DNA of 64,000 bases from Octopus sinensis (taxonomy: Eukaryota): assembly GCF_006345805.1 (NCBI RefSeq), contig NC_043002.1, forward strand, positions 96,844,001-96,908,000, written 5' to 3'. The notes under the pieces are model-generated. The model was not told the origin of the DNA. It was given only the letters and a program-made list of their open reading frames with translations, and did not search any database. A program made the position numbers and the translations under genes. Positions 51,350 through 64,000 of the stretch are shown here, in pieces (position 1 is the stretch's first letter; each line of letters begins with the position of its first letter).

Positions 51350-53106
51350 TTGCCGTTTACTTTTAAGGAACTTAGAACTACACTCATAAATAGAAATTAT
51401 CCACAGCCCCTAATAGACAGTGCAATCCAACAGGCACTTAAATTAAGTATAGAAGACCTGAGACAAACAAAACCAAAAAAGAAAGAAAAATTAAAAACCC
51501 TTCCCTACATCTCTACACACAACCCACTTAACAATGAGGCCTTCAGCACCATACTACAAAACACAGCACTACTAAAGGGAGACCCAAAGATGAACCAGAT
51601 CCTCGAAACACACACCATCATTAAAAGTAAACGGCAACCAAAATCCTTGAAAAGGATTTTAACCCAAGCTAAACTGCACTCAACATCAACCACAAAACCA
51701 GCAGTTAGAAAATGCGGAAGGCCCAACTGCGGAATCTGTGTCATCTTGGTAGAAGGTTCAGAATTTATACTAGAACAAGGCCATCAGTTCACCATTAGAA
51801 CAAACTTCACCTGTTCATCAGAAAACTTAATTTACGTCTTAACATGCGCAGGCTGCAATAGGCAGTATATAGGCCATACAAAAAATAGCTTACGTAAAAG
51901 GATGGCGGTGCATAAATCCCAAATTAGAAACCCTGAATACCGGAAAATACCGGTCAGCGGACACATAGATAGATGTGCTACAAATGAAAGTCCGAAATTT
52001 ACAACTTACCCACTTTACAAATTCAGTGACAGCGTAACCTTCACCCAACGCCAAAATAAAGAACTTTATTTCATCAAAAAATTTAGACCAAGTTTGAACA
52101 CCCTGGGCCAGGAATATTGAAACAAAACATTGGTCTTCCGAAAAGGAAAAATGAAATTCTACCACAACCATCACGACCACTACGACTACTTCCACTAGCA
52201 CTACTACTACAACCACCGTGGTCACTACTATTGCTGCTACGATCAACAGCCCTCTACTGCTACTACTGCTGCTACGGCCACAGTGTGAGAATTAAAATAG
52301 TAAAAAAAAAAGGGTGGAGGTGGGGGGAATTACAATTTCTCAGATCTTTAAACAGTCACTCCCGCTTGCAGTGGTATGTTTTAGGGAAAAATGAATTTAT
52401 AAAAAAAAATTTTTCTGCGAGCAGATCTGATTTTGATTCGTTAAAAAATTGATGACGTTTGTCTTCCGTGGTCAAGCTTGTCGTTCTGCTTGGTTGGTTT
52501 CCTTACAGGATACAGTTATGGGTCAGATCTGATTTTGATTCGTTAAAAAATTGATGACGTTTTTCTTCCGTGGTCAAGCTTGTCGTTCTACTTGGTTGGT
52601 TTCCTTACAGGATACAGTTGGGGGTCTTTACCTTGTATTCGTTGAAGTTTGGTTTTGATTGGTTTGGAATTATGTGACGTCAGTGAACAGTGCCAGTGAA
52701 CCCACCACTATTGCTGCTACGATCAACAGTCCTCTACTACTAACCCCAACCACCACAAAGGTTGCCAAAATTACGACCAACTACTACGACCAACAATCAC
52801 TACTGTTGCTACCATTGGAACACAAGGTAACAAAAAAGCGGTTCCTTTTAATACCAGCAAGAAACAATAATGGACTTCTTCAATACACTCAACAGGAATA
52901 TAGCGATTATACCAACTACCGACAAAACACCACCACATGGATTCTATTGAGAACAGTAAGAAACGATTATGAACTTTTCAATTTTCACTTTTTATAATAT
53001 TTTTGATAAGGTTCGTCTTTTCAAGAACCGAAACATGTAAAATTCATAAGAAAATTAAAATTTATCTAATATAGTGGCGTTTTCAAACTTCTTTTTTACA
53101 AATATA
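51350..53106 (+). mobile_element. Penelope-like element, 5'-truncated, with open GIY-YIG endonuclease ORF (51350-52120) and 3' terminal region
   Basis: NRNYPQPLI (RT thumb end); CGRPNCGIC; CSSENLIYVLTCAGCNRQYIGHTKNSLRKRMAVH (GIY-YIG). Degenerate hammerhead at 52999-53044; 102-bp tandem duplication at 52422-52625. Confidence 0.9.
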
Positions 53107-53148
53107 TACCCACTCGTATACGATCTACTCTTATTATAAATATACACA

Positions 53149-53270
<122 letters not shown>

Positions 53271-53321
53271 ATATACACATAAGGCCGAAATAAGTATTCA
53301 TATACTTTCTGTGTATCAATG

Positions 53322-53750
53322 TACGAGGCCTGATCAATAAGTATCCAAACTGTTACCATAGTAGACTGAAGCCGTTTGGCAAAGATTGACCTTGATCTCT
53401 GCCGTGCATGCACATCAAGGTTTTACGTTCTCAGTTCCGCTGTTTACAGCAGCGCTTGGAAGAAAGGTGTGTAACGTGCAATCGCCCCTTTGACCATAAC
53501 AGAGAAAGTTGTGATGGTGGCATAGGCCTGCTCATAGGCCTGCACAAAGTTGCAGAGAGTGTATGGAGATGAGTGTATGAGCCACACACAAGTCTATGAG
53601 TTGTTTACGGGTTTCCAAGATGGCCGAAAAAATGTCGATATTGACGAACGTCCTGGGAGACCTGCAACCAGCAGAACTGAGAAAAGCATCGCAGATGTGC
53701 GTGCAGCTGTGAGGGAAAATCGTCGAATTTTCATCCGTGAGTTATTTCAA
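53322..53750 (+). mobile_element. Mariner left end with HTH-coding remnant
   Basis: TA plus TIR-like cgaggcctgatcaataagtatcc. QRVYGDECMSHTQVYELFTGFQDGRKNVDIDERPGRP is a typical mariner N-terminal HTH. Confidence 0.8.
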
Positions 53751-53828
53751 GGATTTGAAATTCATAAGAAAATTTAAATTTATCTAATATAGTGGCGTTT
53801 TCAAACTTCTTTTTTACAAATATATATA

Positions 53829-53864
<36 letters not shown>

Positions 53865-54532
53865 TGTATGTATGTATGTATGTATGTATGTATGTATGTA
53901 TTGTCAACCTACAAAAATATGTTTGACCATTTCATTCAATATTCGCCCCTTGCTTTTCTTTTACTATCTCAGCTTTCTTTAATTATGTTGACTAATCGAT
54001 TACTATCCTAAATTTTTTACATCTATTCATAAACCCAACAACATTGACCATCCTTCCAATACTACCTACTACAATTCCCATTTATCTCCCACTTCTCCCC
54101 CTTCTACTATAAATACTAACTCTTTCAGTATCCTGTACGTTCACCCCTCTATCATCTTGATATGGACTCTCTGACCTCTTCTCACTTCCCGTGCTTCAAC
54201 ATTCCACATACTCCTATCAAACACCTACGTCTTCCTGTCACTACGACTTCCTTGCCTTCTAAAATACTTATTGTACCTTGAAATTTCCCTGATACGTCAG
54301 GCTCTTATCTATCTACCATGATGAAAGAGGCGCTAGATTTTACCAATATTTATTTGATTTCATCAGCTGCTGCAAATTTTTCATCAACTTCATCTAACTT
54401 TATGAAATAAATCCGAGCCCACAGAAACAGCTGTCGGCCGTGTAACACTTTCCCTTCTCCAGTATTTTATTATGGAGTGGGGTCTATTTAACCTGAGTAA
54501 GTTTTAAAATACTCTATTTAAAACTATACACA

Positions 54533-54620
54533 CAGTAATCCCTCGACTATCGCGGGTGTTACATTCCCAAACCTCTCGCGATAGATGAAAATCTTTTGAA
54601 GTAGAAACAGTACTCTACTG

Positions 54621-54673
<53 letters not shown>

Positions 54674-55936
54674 CTAGCATTAAAGACCCGTCGTTGCCGA
54701 GTCATAGTGCTAGTGCATGTATATATGTGTATATATATGTGTACATATTACATGTACATCTATATATATATACATCTACACAAAATGCAAAATACAAAGT
54801 TATATCTTGATATCGCTAGTGATAACAATACTCAAAATATATAACAGACTGGAATTGTTAGATCTTCTTTTTTCTCTACATTGTATACTTTATAGACAAT
54901 AGTCTTTTCTTTAATTTAATTTTTTATTATCCATCTGGACTATTCCTTTTCTGCACGCTAATTTTATTTTTAATTTAATTCCCATTCATGTGAAACCACT
55001 TATTCAAGTTCAAATCATTGATGCAATTTTATACCAATTGCTATTTTTACTTATATTATACTTTAGTTTGATTTTAATTATTACTTACTACATATAATTC
55101 AATTGTTATTATTATTTTTATTGTTAAAGTGAAAGCATCTGACATAAAATAGAGAAATATTTTTGTTTCACGTTTAACACGTAATACTGAAATAGTGGAG
55201 AAGATATGATATTGCTATGGGCTCGCTCTAGGCAAGAAGTTGAACATTTCTTTGCCCATGAAACTACATGGACCCTAAGTAAGGCATGTGTAAAATTTGA
55301 ATGAAATTGGTTGTGTAGTTCTCAAGTTTTAGGGAATCGTAGTGGAGAAGATATGTTATTGCTGTGGTCTCGCCCTAAGCAAAAAGTTAAAATATTTTGC
55401 CGATGACACTCCCCGGACCATAAGTAAGACATATGTAAAATTTGAATGAAATTGGTTGTGTAGTTCTCAAGTTTTAGGGAAACACACAGACAGACAGACA
55501 CACACACATTCTCAGTTTTATATATATAAAGATTATCATTTATATCATTTGTATATATTTATTTTATTATAAATGCAAAAACACCACCACACACTCGCCT
55601 CCCGAGTTTCGTTTTCCACACAGTGTATGCAATACTTTGTTTACTCATCAACGGTACACTAAGTATTTTCTTTTAATATATTTTAATTTGTGTGTTATAC
55701 AGTGAAGCACTGCATTGTATCCTATTTTTATTTATTAATTTATTGATTTTTAGGCGTGAAAATGCTCATTTTACCACAGAAATAATTAAAATCTAAAAAA
55801 AATATAAATACCTATCGGCCGCAGAAACCCGCGATATACTGAGGAGTTCGCCATATAAATTTACATATATTAGCCTGAAAATCCGCGATGTACTGAGTGC
55901 GCGACAGGTGAAGCGCGATATGGCGAGGAATTACTG
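54533..55936. mobile_element. Pogo/Tigger-like MITE interrupted by a Helitron
   Basis: TIR-like ends cagtaatccctcgactatcgcg / cgcgatatggcgaggaattactg followed by TA. Confidence 0.65.
54674..55532 (-). mobile_element. Non-autonomous Helitron-like element
   Basis: Minus strand begins TC(tttatatatataaaactgagaatgtgtg) and ends with a hairpin plus CTAG. Internal ~145-bp tandem duplication at ~55193-55478. Confidence 0.75.
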
Positions 55937-56379
55937 TATTTATACTTGATTGTTGAGCCTTGAGATTTTATCTGATTCTTTGAATCATTATGTGTCTCTA
56001 AATGTATTTGCATGAATTTTTTCTTTAATTTCAAATTTCCCGCGTCCATTGGATTAAACTTTTGCAAATTATAATGATTTGCATGTCTCTCTGCGTATGT
56101 ATGTTTAATTTCAAACTTTTTTGCCACCAGAGAAAGAGCCAGTTTCTAACCTGATCCAAGATTCCTTCTTTGGAATTTCAACAACATCAACAGGGTATAT
56201 TCGTATGTATGTATGTATGTATGTATGTATGTATGTATGTATGTATGTATGTATGTATATATGTATGTATGTATGTATGTATGAATGTATGTATGTATGT
56301 ATGTATCTATGTATGTATGTATGTGTGTGTGCATGTATACATGTATGTATGTATGTTTGTATGTATGTTTTTATGTGTG

Positions 56380-56425
<46 letters not shown>

Positions 56426-57497
56426 CAGATTTATGTCTTTTTATGTATGTATTAAAAATTTTAAAAATACAAATGAAAATACAAGGAAATAAAATAAAAA
56501 AAACACGTTTTATCGTTATTTTCATTTATATTTCTATTATCTAATTTTACTTTTCTTTCCCCTTTACAGTTGATTATTTTATCTTCCTTACCTTTAATCG
56601 TTTTATGACCTGTCCTACTCAGAACTACGCATAGCCTACAGTAATAAATTATCTACTGCAACTCACTCCAGTCAACCCATGATTCCTTCTCTCGTGGGAT
56701 CAATCTATATTTTATCTATATATATATATATACATATACATATATACATATATATATAATTATGACGCGAAACCCTATACCTCTTTGTTTAACCTTCCCT
56801 TCTCTCCCTTTCTCTCTCTCTCACTCCTCCTCATCTGTCTTACAGCCGGCCAAATACTTCCTTTTGCATGCGGCCTTCTAACTGTAAACACACGGTTTTC
56901 TTGCGCACCTTGAATCTCTCCTCGTCTAGGCAAAAGGCCCTCTTTGGTTGTTTTCTTGTTTGTTTTTATTTCTTGTATTGTATTTTTTTGTATTGTATTT
57001 TTATTTTGTATTTTATTTTGTAATTTTATTTGTATTGTTTTTACATCCTGTTTGTGTCACATTTTGTTCTTTCCTTGTTTTTACCCCTCTGCGAAGTAAT
57101 TTCCTTTAATTTCTTCGCAGGAAGGGCTAGTTCGACGAGTCGTGTTCTGTCCTCACCTTCGAAACACGCTGGAGTTGAACTAGGGACGGCTGATGCAGGG
57201 GATTTTTCTTTGTGTAGTTTGTCTAGTACTCTGTTTTTTCTTTGTAAAAAAAGGTTCGTTCCATGCTTGTTTTTACGTTTTCGTTCTCGTTGAGTTCTGC
57301 GTCTATTTGTGGTGTCCTGTACTCACGTATATGTATTTATATATGCATGTATATATACATGTAGATGTAGGTACGTACATATATGTATGTATTATGTATG
57401 CATATATTTTATTTATTACACTATTGTATGACTGAGCGCCTTCGCGTCGATTCGATTCGATTCGTTCCGTTTCGTTTCGTTTCTTCTTCTCCCAGTA

Positions 57498-57556
<59 letters not shown>

Positions 57557-58121
57557 TATATATATATACATATATCTGCATGCATATATACATATATATA
57601 AATGTTTTGGCTTGGCCACTGATAAGAACTTCGCCTAACAAATTATTTTATTTGCTAATTAGAGTTCAAAAGCTAGGTATGGCTGTAAAAACAAGGTAAA
57701 TGTTTTTACTTTTCATTTCTTTCTAAATTGCTCTTAAATGTGGTTTTGGTTGTTTTGACTGCTACTTCTAGCATGTAAGGCTGCCTATTAAAGGTCGACT
57801 GTTTTAGTGTTTAAATGTACACTAATTTTATATATACATTCATACACATATATATATATATGAATGTATGTATGTATGTATGTATATAGGCACACACATA
57901 TAGACATACATGCACACACACGCACAAATATATACACTTGTATTTTGCGCGTAAATACCTCTGTGTGTGTGTGTGTGTGGAGTGAGAGAGAAAGCGAGAG
58001 AGAGAGAGAAAGCGAGAGAGAGAGAGAAAGATGCTACATGAAATGAAATTCTGAACTCATGAGTGGTATACATATAACAAAGCATGAAACTAACGCCAAC
58101 AAATTTCTTCCAAATTTTCAG

Positions 58122-58253
58122 TTTGCAAAGATCATTCAGGACATTGCATGAAAAATAAGGATGTTTGGCCAGGTGTCTACTATAACATATGTGTAACACA
58201 CCATTGCGAAATACATCGCTTACAAACAACACTTGCAACGCGTTTTGATTTTG
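58122..58253 (+). CDS. Coding exon 3, cassette C: CKDHSGHCMKNKDVWPGVYYNICVTHHCEIHRLQTTLATRFDF
   Basis: Acceptor aaattttcAG, donor GTAAGT at 58254, 132 bp, open phase 1-1 frame. 28/43 aa identical to 46841-46972, all 4 Cys kept. Confidence 0.8.
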
Positions 58254-58483
58254 GTAAGTATTCTCAATTTTTATAAATGTATACTTATCGTTCCCCTACG
58301 CACGCACAGACTCATAGTCTCTCGTTGTAATAAATCTATCCATCCCCTTGAGGTGTGAGCACATTTTAGATTTAGTACAACGTATATTTAACATTAAAAT
58401 AGCTTTCCCCAAATTGCACTCTCAACCAGCATTGAGATGAAAGAGTTAATATGCATTCTATATTCTATCAAAAACCTAAATAT

Positions 58484-58517
<34 letters not shown>

Positions 58518-58565
58518 ATACACATACATATACATATATATATATATACATGTACATATACATAT

Positions 58566-58655
<90 letters not shown>

Positions 58656-58793
58656 ATATAATATATATATATAAGATGAGGTCACAGATGTTTGACGAAA
58701 GAATTCTGGCTGAATTAGATTAATATAAAAAACATACAATAAGCTGAAGCAAATTAACACCAAATATATAGTGTAACATGGCCATCCCCAAAT

Positions 58794-58840
<47 letters not shown>

Positions 58841-58842
<2 letters not shown>

Positions 58843-59069
58843 GTAAAAGCAATCAAGATTCAAGTGAGTTCTGTTGAATTCACATGAATGCGGTACTTAA
58901 CTTAGATGCACCAGAAATCTATATGGTGTTAACCATAAGATGATGTGGGGTGATTATAAGTAAGAAAAAAGCAACAAGAATGGATCAATATTGTACCGAA
59001 TGTACTTTCGATACAAGTCCTATGTACAATTGTACCGAAATATTGATCCATTCTTGTTGCTTTTTCTTA
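58841..59069. mobile_element. Penelope-type terminal element with short foldback
   Basis: Reverse complement of 6420-6545. Inverted arms start at 58961 and end at 59069. Confidence 0.65.
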
Positions 59070-59082
59070 AATATATATATAT

Positions 59083-59114
<32 letters not shown>

Positions 59115-59117
59115 ATA

Positions 59118-60283
59118 CAGTGGGTGCGAGGGGTGTTCGACGACATTTCGATTTTAGTTGATTACACCTTCAAATTTAATGTATCATTTGTTTTTTCAGA
59201 TAACCTTTTCAAGATATCATGCTAACTCAAGAAATGCAAAGACATGCAGTCATAGTTCCTATACATGCAAACCACAGTGATTTAGAAATTAGCAACTTTC
59301 TGAATGTTGCAAGATCATTTGTACACAAAGTTCGGTTGGAATTAGAGGCATGTGATGGTAATATTTTACCTGTATCATAGAGAAAAAAACATTCACGACG
59401 CTCAGACACTAAAACGACACCGGAGTTTATAAATGTTTTAAACATTATCGATGAAAACCTCAGGAGACCAATGAGGTCCATTGCTAAAGAACTTCGAATG
59501 TTAGAAAGGACTATCAGAACTGTGTACATGGTGACATTCGATACAAGTCCTATGTAATGACGAAAGGCCAATTCGTGTCTGCAATGACACAGGAAAACCG
59601 TCTCATCCGTTCAAAACGGTTACTCAAGGAAGTGAAAAGCCATCATGCCCAGGCATGCTTTGGTTTTTCTCTGACGAAAAAACTTTGACCAGGATCAAAA
59701 TTTTAACAGCAGAAATGACAGGTGTTCATGTGCAGATCCTGCTGAAGTACCCAGAGTGATGCACACGAAATTTCCAGCAACTGTGATGGTTTTATGTCTG
59801 CTGAGTAGCGAAGGATATGTGGTGCCTCCCCACTTTTCTCCACATTAATGCTGCTGGATACATTGAGGTACTAGAAACTGTTATCAAGCCATGGATTGAT
59901 GAAGTATGCAATGGAATGCCATATGTGTTTCAACAAGACTCAGCACCTCCTCATAGAGCCCTATGATTATGTAACACCTAATATGTGGCCTCCAAGTTTG
60001 CCCGATTTGAACCCCATGGACTACTAAATGTGGAGCGCTTTTTAACGGGAAACTACTTGTCATCCTCATAATACCATAGCTTCAATGAATGCCGCCCTTG
60101 TCCAGGTGATATCCAAAATGAAGAACCATATAATGTCAGCAAGCCAGCTGTTTCGGTCCCGCATTGAAGAGATAATCGAAACCGAAGGTAGTTTCATAGA
60201 ATAATATGCTTAAAAAATAAATATCAAGACGAATGGCACAAATGTTTATTCAAATACATTTTTATTTATATTGAAATATAATT
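59118..60283 (+). mobile_element. Degraded Tc1/mariner-superfamily transposon, maT/DD37D-like
   Basis: MRSIAKEL; WFFSDEK; VMHTKFPATVMV; YVFQQDSAPPH; WPPSLPDLNPMDY. Left end TA|cagtgggtgcgag. Right TIR not found. Confidence 0.8.
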
Positions 60284-60726
60284 TAAAGTATACTAGCCAT
60301 CTCAAAATGGCTAACCACTAAGGGTGGGTGTTACTGTAGCTTTTAGCCCCAGGAACCAGGAGATCATCGTCTCCAGCTGACTTTAGGCACACTTTCCGTG
60401 CCCTTATGGTATTTGCAAAGGGAGGTCATCCCCCTCTCGTAAACCTAAGTGATACGCACGGACTGCAGTTTCGAGGTATTTGCCTCTTGTCAACGTACGG
60501 TAATCATCGGTTTTCGATGAAGAGAGACCTGTTTGCAAATATTTTTTAATGTTGTCCGTGCGTATCACTTAGGTTTATGAGAGAGGGATGACCTCCCTTT
60601 GCAAATACCATAAGGGCACAGAAAGTGTGCCTAAAGCCAGCTGGAGACGATGATCTCCTGGGGCTAAAAGCTACAGTAACACCCACTCTTAGTGGTTAGC
60701 CATATTGAGATGGCTAGTATACTTTA
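60284..60726. mobile_element. Foldback MITE with ~170-bp near-perfect TIRs
   Basis: Arms ~60284-60462 and ~60556-60726 (taaagtatactagccatctca / tgagatggctagtatacttta). Confidence 0.85.
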
Positions 60727-61697
60727 CGTTGTCGAGCGGTTACCGTTTACATCTCGTTCAGAGATAGGGGAGGGCGCAAGAAGTAGTTGTATTAGTTTAA
60801 CGCTCGAAAAGAATGGAAAAGTCTTTGACGTTTCGAGCCTACGTTCTTCGACAAAAAGGGATGAGAGGTAAAAATGGAGAATGAAAAAACGGAGAGACAT
60901 TCCATCGTCTACAACTACCTGTTCTGCAGTTGATCTCATCAACAGAACGGACCGCTTGTGAAATTAACACGCAAAATACTGAGCACTCCATGGGCAGGCG
61001 TACCCATAACGTAGTCGTAAGAGAGATACGACGTGACACACAGAATGTGGCAAGACTGGCCCTTTGGATTACAGCTACAACTCATTTTGTGTGTTTGCAT
61101 CTATCTTCAAAAAGTACCGTTGCCAAAACAGTTGGCCGTGTCAAATATTTAGCGTTCACAAAGCTGCGCTCAATCATGTAACTCTCTCTCCTCAGAAACA
61201 GGTGTCAACTACCGAGGTAACCATTTGAACATAATTCGATATATCATACGTCTTCCATCATTTACTGTAATGTTTTGTGACAAGAGTCCAGTTGTTCCGT
61301 AAGTTCTCTGTTACAGTGAATTATTTCGACTACACCTTGACGATTCGTTTTAACAGTCGCAGTTCAGAGACAACATTTGCGTGGTTTGTTTTCAATGCTG
61401 GTGTCTCTTCTTTAAACGACTTCATCCTATTCCCTTTTGGTTAGAAACCAGTTCTCTTTGGATTGAGAAATTCGAAAAGTAAAGCCAGTGAAGCAATTGC
61501 AGATATATGTGGGGTGTGGGGTATGTGTGTGCGTGCGTGTGTGTGTACAAACGCGTGAGTGTTTGTCTTTATATTGTGTATGACACATAGAAATCTATTT
61601 CAATTTAGAACTGCTGTATATAACAGATATATGTATCTGTATATATACATAGATACATATATACGCGCACACAGACACACACACACGCACAAATATC

Positions 61698-61745
<48 letters not shown>

Positions 61746-61767
61746 GTATATATATATACTATGTGCA

Positions 61768-62322
61768 TGTCCGGAAAGTTCGTGCCGATTTATAGTAGCT
61801 TCCTTTCGACTTATTTTAGAACATGGTTGAGTCCAGAAAATAGGATTTGACTACACCTCCATTTAGAGCACAGTTTAAGCTATCTTTTCGTGGAAGAAGG
61901 TTTATGTTCCTATAACCTGTATTAATTCTGTAACCATTTAAAATGAAAGTTCATTTTCGGCACTTGATGCTTTGGGAACCAGATAAAAATTGCTGCAGCT
62001 CGGCTAGGATGTGTTAACCACCTACCCTCCATATTCACCCGGTATTGCTCCTTCGGATTTCCACTTATTCAGGTCTCTGCAGAATAGTCTTAATGGTAAA
62101 AATTTTAATTCTTTGGATGACGTAAAAAGATACCTTGATGAATTCTTTGCCATGAAACCACCTCAATTCTGGGAAGAGAGTATTTTCAAGTTAAAGGAAA
62201 GATGGAGACGCATTGTGCAACAAAATGGTTCATATTTGGTTGATTAAAAATGTAATGGCACGTATTTATTAACCTTTTTCTTTCCTTTAAAAATCGGCAC
62301 GAATTTTCCGGACAACCCAATA
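61768..62322 (+). mobile_element. Mariner internal-deletion derivative
   Basis: Same TIRs as 321-552. N-terminal MKVHFRHLMLWE fused to PYSPGIAPSDFHLFRSLQN...WRRIVQQNGSYLVD (YSPDLAPSD motif). Confidence 0.88.
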
Positions 62323-62519
62323 TTTCACTGCCCCAGAGAAATAATCACCTCAAATTTCTATGTTACCATATTTGCACGCAGAGAATTTACAGAAATTTCA
62401 AGCTATTCCTTTAATCATTATATACTGATAAAATTAGGTGGGGGTCTTGAATCGTTATAGCCAATATGTTTGTTTTCCATTAAGGCATTCGTTAAAAACG
62501 GAATTATTTTATTTTATAG

Positions 62520-62587
62520 TTTGCACAGTGGATCACATACTGCTGGACATACTGAAGTTTTACTATCCGGCATTGAACTATTGTTAA
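62520..62587 (+). CDS. Terminal coding exon, cassette C: CTVDHILLDILKFYYPALNYC*
   Basis: Acceptor attttattttatAG, same phase and TGT TAA end as 50120-50187, offset exactly 12400 bp. Flanking intron and 3'UTR are also homologous. Confidence 0.78.
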
Positions 62588-62625
62588 AACAAAATCGTTA
62601 TTGATTTTCCTTGTAATTTTTCGTC

Positions 62626-62631
62626 AATAAA
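62626..62631 (+). promoter_or_regulatory. Candidate polyadenylation signal, cassette C
   Basis: AATAAA ~40 bp after the stop. The homologous position in cassette B reads AATAAG. Confidence 0.35.
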
Positions 62632-63237
62632 AGTAAATACCAGTGTTTTATAATGTAGTGTTATTTGTAAAGAGAACTGTATCTAGACAACAAATATTGA
62701 GGTATTCCCAATGTGCCTTATAATAAGCTCAACTACTCGTATTTGTTTGCGTGTTCCTTAAATTTTGAGGAAACTGTCCCCGATAGAGAAAAAAACCTTT
62801 CAAATAACATACATTTAAAAATAAGTCCTTTTGCTTAAAATTACTACCTATACAATTCTATAACCTAGTTCATTCAAAATAGAAGGAGTAGTTCCTCATA
62901 CCATCACAGAGTAAGAAATTCTCTCCAATAGTGAAAGACATATGTTCAGATGAAAACAGATACGTATTTATGAAAAGTGAGAGACGCTAACAAACATACA
63001 AGTGAATCGCATAGAAAAGAGATAATTTCAATCATTCACACAGACACACACATATACACGTACATGCACATATACACATACGAACACATGAAATTCTCAA
63101 ACACACACATAAGACGAAAGCATACATAAGTGCCCCAGGGGTGAAGGGTCGATGTATGTAACGCATGCAGTGCATGCGTTACTATTTTTTTCGCTACAAA
63201 TAATTTTTGCTTCATATTAAGTTAATTATTGTGTTTT

Positions 63238-64000
63238 ATGTTTTATTAGTTTCAGCTCAAAGCTGGGGCCATGCTGGGGCACCACCGTTTTGCTACACTG
63301 TTATTATTGAGAGCCTCCTCTGATATGTGGCATTTGGTAAATAATGGAGTTTGATGACGCTAATGTCATTTGCACCTCTTGCCGCGAGGGAGGTTCATCT
63401 GAGACTTTTGACAGGAAGAGATCCAGCTCTGATTTGAAAAAACCTACATCCACTTTTTGTATGTCCCTCAGGCTCTTTGGGAGAATATTAAAAGGCTGTG
63501 GACCCTGAAACCCAGGCTGTTGCAGTAACTGGCCCTGAAGCCCATCGGCATTGCTGAGATCTTAGGCACTGTACAGTGGCGACCCGTTCTGGTATTTGTG
63601 TAGTGTAGCTTTCAATGCCAAAATTTGACACAATCCCTTCCAGGAACTTCCAGATGTATATTACTGCATATCTCTCCCGCCTTCTCTCCAGGGAGTGGAG
63701 TCTTATCTATTTCAGCCTATTCCAGTTGCTGAGCTGTTGCAATGAGGCGATCTTCTTTGTGAAGCTTAACTAGATTGCTTCAAGGTCTGCTGTTAATTTT
63801 ACACTATTGGGTGACCATAGCTGGGAGCAGTAGTCCAGGCGGTTGAGGAGGAATTTCCTCCGGAGGACCATCATGGTTCCTTCTCTCTGGTTGTGAAGGT
63901 TCTCGGGATCCAACCAGCCAGTCGTGTGCACTTCTGCTATCCTGGCAATGAGCACTTGGAAAGAGATATCATCACTCATGTTGATACACAGGTCCCGCAC
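63238..64000 (-). mobile_element. CR1/L2-type LINE, 3' end
   Basis: RDLCINMSDDISF...NRLDYCSQLWSP...DLEAI, then LHSLERRRERYAVIYIWK. The tail ends ggtggtgccccagcatggcc...ctgaaactaataaaa. Confidence 0.85.

Overview
Eukaryotic, AT-rich, microsatellite-dense DNA dominated by transposon debris. The SINE families, (TA)n/(ATT)n load and overall texture point to a coleoid cephalopod, most likely Octopus (inference from recalled repeats, not from a search). Most ORFs in the supplied track are microsatellite translations or retroelement fragments. One real-looking host gene can be rebuilt by hand on the + strand from canonical AG/GT sites with matching phases: a 5'UTR exon ending at 35181, a signal-peptide exon (35294-35372), and Cys-rich exons at 38343-38465, 46841-46972 and 50120-50187. 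Together they give a 133-aa, 12-Cys secreted protein I cannot name. Its last two exons recur as an intact but strongly diverged second pair (58122-58253, 62520-62587) with its own stop and AATAAA, and I found no second signal exon. This suggests an alternative 3' cassette system with a fixed cysteine scaffold and variable residues. Other structure: several R4/Dong-type REL retrotransposon families plus a non-coding partner inserted in (TAA)n tracts; several minimal hammerhead-ribozyme motifs tied to Penelope-like ends; two TG...CA solo LTRs with ATAT TSDs; Helitrons; Tc1/mariner/maT remnants; several tRNA-derived SINE families; and many long foldback palindromes. No CRISPR, rRNA or convincing tRNA gene.
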